Below are positions 37,827 to 38,462 of a DNA stretch of 38,462 nucleotides, one piece after another; position 1 is the stretch's first letter; every line of letters starts with the position of its first letter. The notes under the pieces are model-generated. The model was given only the letters and a program-made list of their open reading frames with translations. It made no database searches and was not told where the DNA came from. The position numbers and the translations under genes were made by a program. The stretch comes from a virus. The stretch is from the IMG/VR virus record IMGVR_UViG_3300002223_000005, positions 1-38,462 of that record; one strand, written 5' to 3'.

Positions 37827-38462
37827 TTAGAAACTCAGTAAGTCATCATCGCTTAGATTTGAAACGTCATTTTGTTGGCTACCAACAGCCTTACCCTTTG
37901 ATAACTGTTCCGCTTTTCTTCTAAAGATTTTTGATTTTGAATCCTGCCACTGAATGAAATTACCGATCATTTCAATTTTTTTCTTTGGTGTAATGTTCGG
38001 GTTTTTTACACTCTCTGAAAGTGTTTGCGCCCGCGCCAACATTTCCTTTTCAGACTGAGGGCCGGGAGGGTAGGGTATATCAGTTAGGACAATCGCCGCG
38101 AATTGCTCAAGCTCTGCCTGCGCATCTGCTGGGTTAGTGTTTCCGACAACTTTAGATAGCCCCATTGTCACAGCCTTGGATAACGATGTATTCGGAGCCG
38201 ATGCCATTACCTGTTCGATCTCCGAAACACCTTGATCATTTACCAAGCCAACGGAGGCAATATATTCTCGGTTAGCATCCCATTGGTCGGCTCTGTCTGC
38301 GAATGCTGCCGCGTTTTTGGCTTCTGCGCCTGCCAATTCAACATCCCGCTTTATTTCAGGCTTGTAGGTGGCATCTGACACGTTTTTAGCGGTTTGGCTT
38401 GCGCCTGATTTTTCGCCAGCCATAACAATAGGGCTTAATGGTTGACCGCCGCCGATCGGTAC
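37827..38462 (-). CDS. C-terminal part of the 411-codon gene that wraps the junction (see 1-647)
   Basis: The track ORF 37827-38423 starts at an internal Met. The frame stays open to 38462 and is continuous with 647-1 via the 47-nt overlap. Confidence 0.7.
   Translation of the reverse strand, partial: VPIGGGQPLSPIVMAGEKSGASQTAKNVSDATYKPEIKRDVELAGAEAKNAAAFADRADQWDANREYIASVGLVNDQGVSEIEQVMASAPNTSLSKAVTMGLSKVVGNTNPADAQAELEQFAAIVLTDIPYPPGPQSEKEMLARAQTLSESVKNPNITPKKKIEMIGNFIQWQDSKSKIFRRKAEQLSKGKAVGSQQNDVSNLSDDDLLSF
38416..38462. repeat. Terminal direct repeat, copy 2 (circular-closure overlap)
   Basis: Exact 47-nt copy of nt 1-47. Confidence 0.95.

Larger units (their letters stand above)
1..38462. 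mobile_element. Complete temperate tailed-phage genome, circularly closed. It has P22-like head, portal and tail-hub genes, a lambdoid-style regulatory and replication layout, and an integrase plus attP
   Basis: The contig has 47-bp identical ends and an ORF continuous across them. Terminase, portal, capsid, lysis, replication, immunity and integration modules are all present, and coding density is high with many 1- and 4-nt start/stop overlaps. Confidence 0.85.

Overview
The window is a complete, circularly closed temperate tailed-phage genome. About 38,415 bp are unique: nt 1-47 recur exactly at 38416-38462, and one virion gene reads in frame across that junction.

Minus strand, in transcription order:
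- Cro-like regulator and an intrinsic terminator.
- Replication genes: an O-like initiator with 11-bp iterons inside the gene, then a DnaB helicase.
- A nin-like region with Dam methylase, NinB, DUF1064 and two zinc-ribbon mini-ORFs.
- A candidate late-control region with two tandem terminators.
- Lysis genes: M23 peptidase, holin, DUF1353.
- An unexplained seven-gene 3.7-kb block.
- Morphogenesis genes: small and large terminase, P22-type portal, scaffold, capsid, an O-methyltransferase plus glycosyltransferase-like pair, gp4/gp10-like tail hub, a fibre with an S74 chaperone domain, large internal proteins and a beta-helix tailspike.

Plus strand, in order:
- Short CI-like repressor, possibly translated from a leaderless mRNA.
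- PL-like promoter with an overlapping operator.
- Pentapeptide-repeat protein.
- Rad52-like, Gp157 and SSB-like recombination module.
- A run of small ORFs, then excisionase and tyrosine integrase.
- attP carrying the 3' 48 nt of a tRNA-Phe(GAA) gene.

The most unusual signal is six structured repeats at 29633-31438. Each starts on the stop codon of a small ORF and has the box and bulge architecture of integron attC sites (GCCTAAC ... GTTAGGC, an unpaired spacer, covarying stems and a conserved extrahelical base). One pair of neighbouring copies shows box complementarity across the intervening ORFs, as expected for cassette recombination at G|TT. No integron-type integrase is evident, and RNase III sites or leaky terminators remain viable alternatives.

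Other points of interest:
- A pentapeptide-repeat gene built from seventeen near-identical 15-bp DNA units.
- A 200-nt GC-rich structured intergenic segment.
- An opposite-strand three-gene ribbon-helix-helix cassette.
- A modification-enzyme pair inside the head-tail module.

All functional calls rest on motif recognition by eye and on gene order. No database search was possible.
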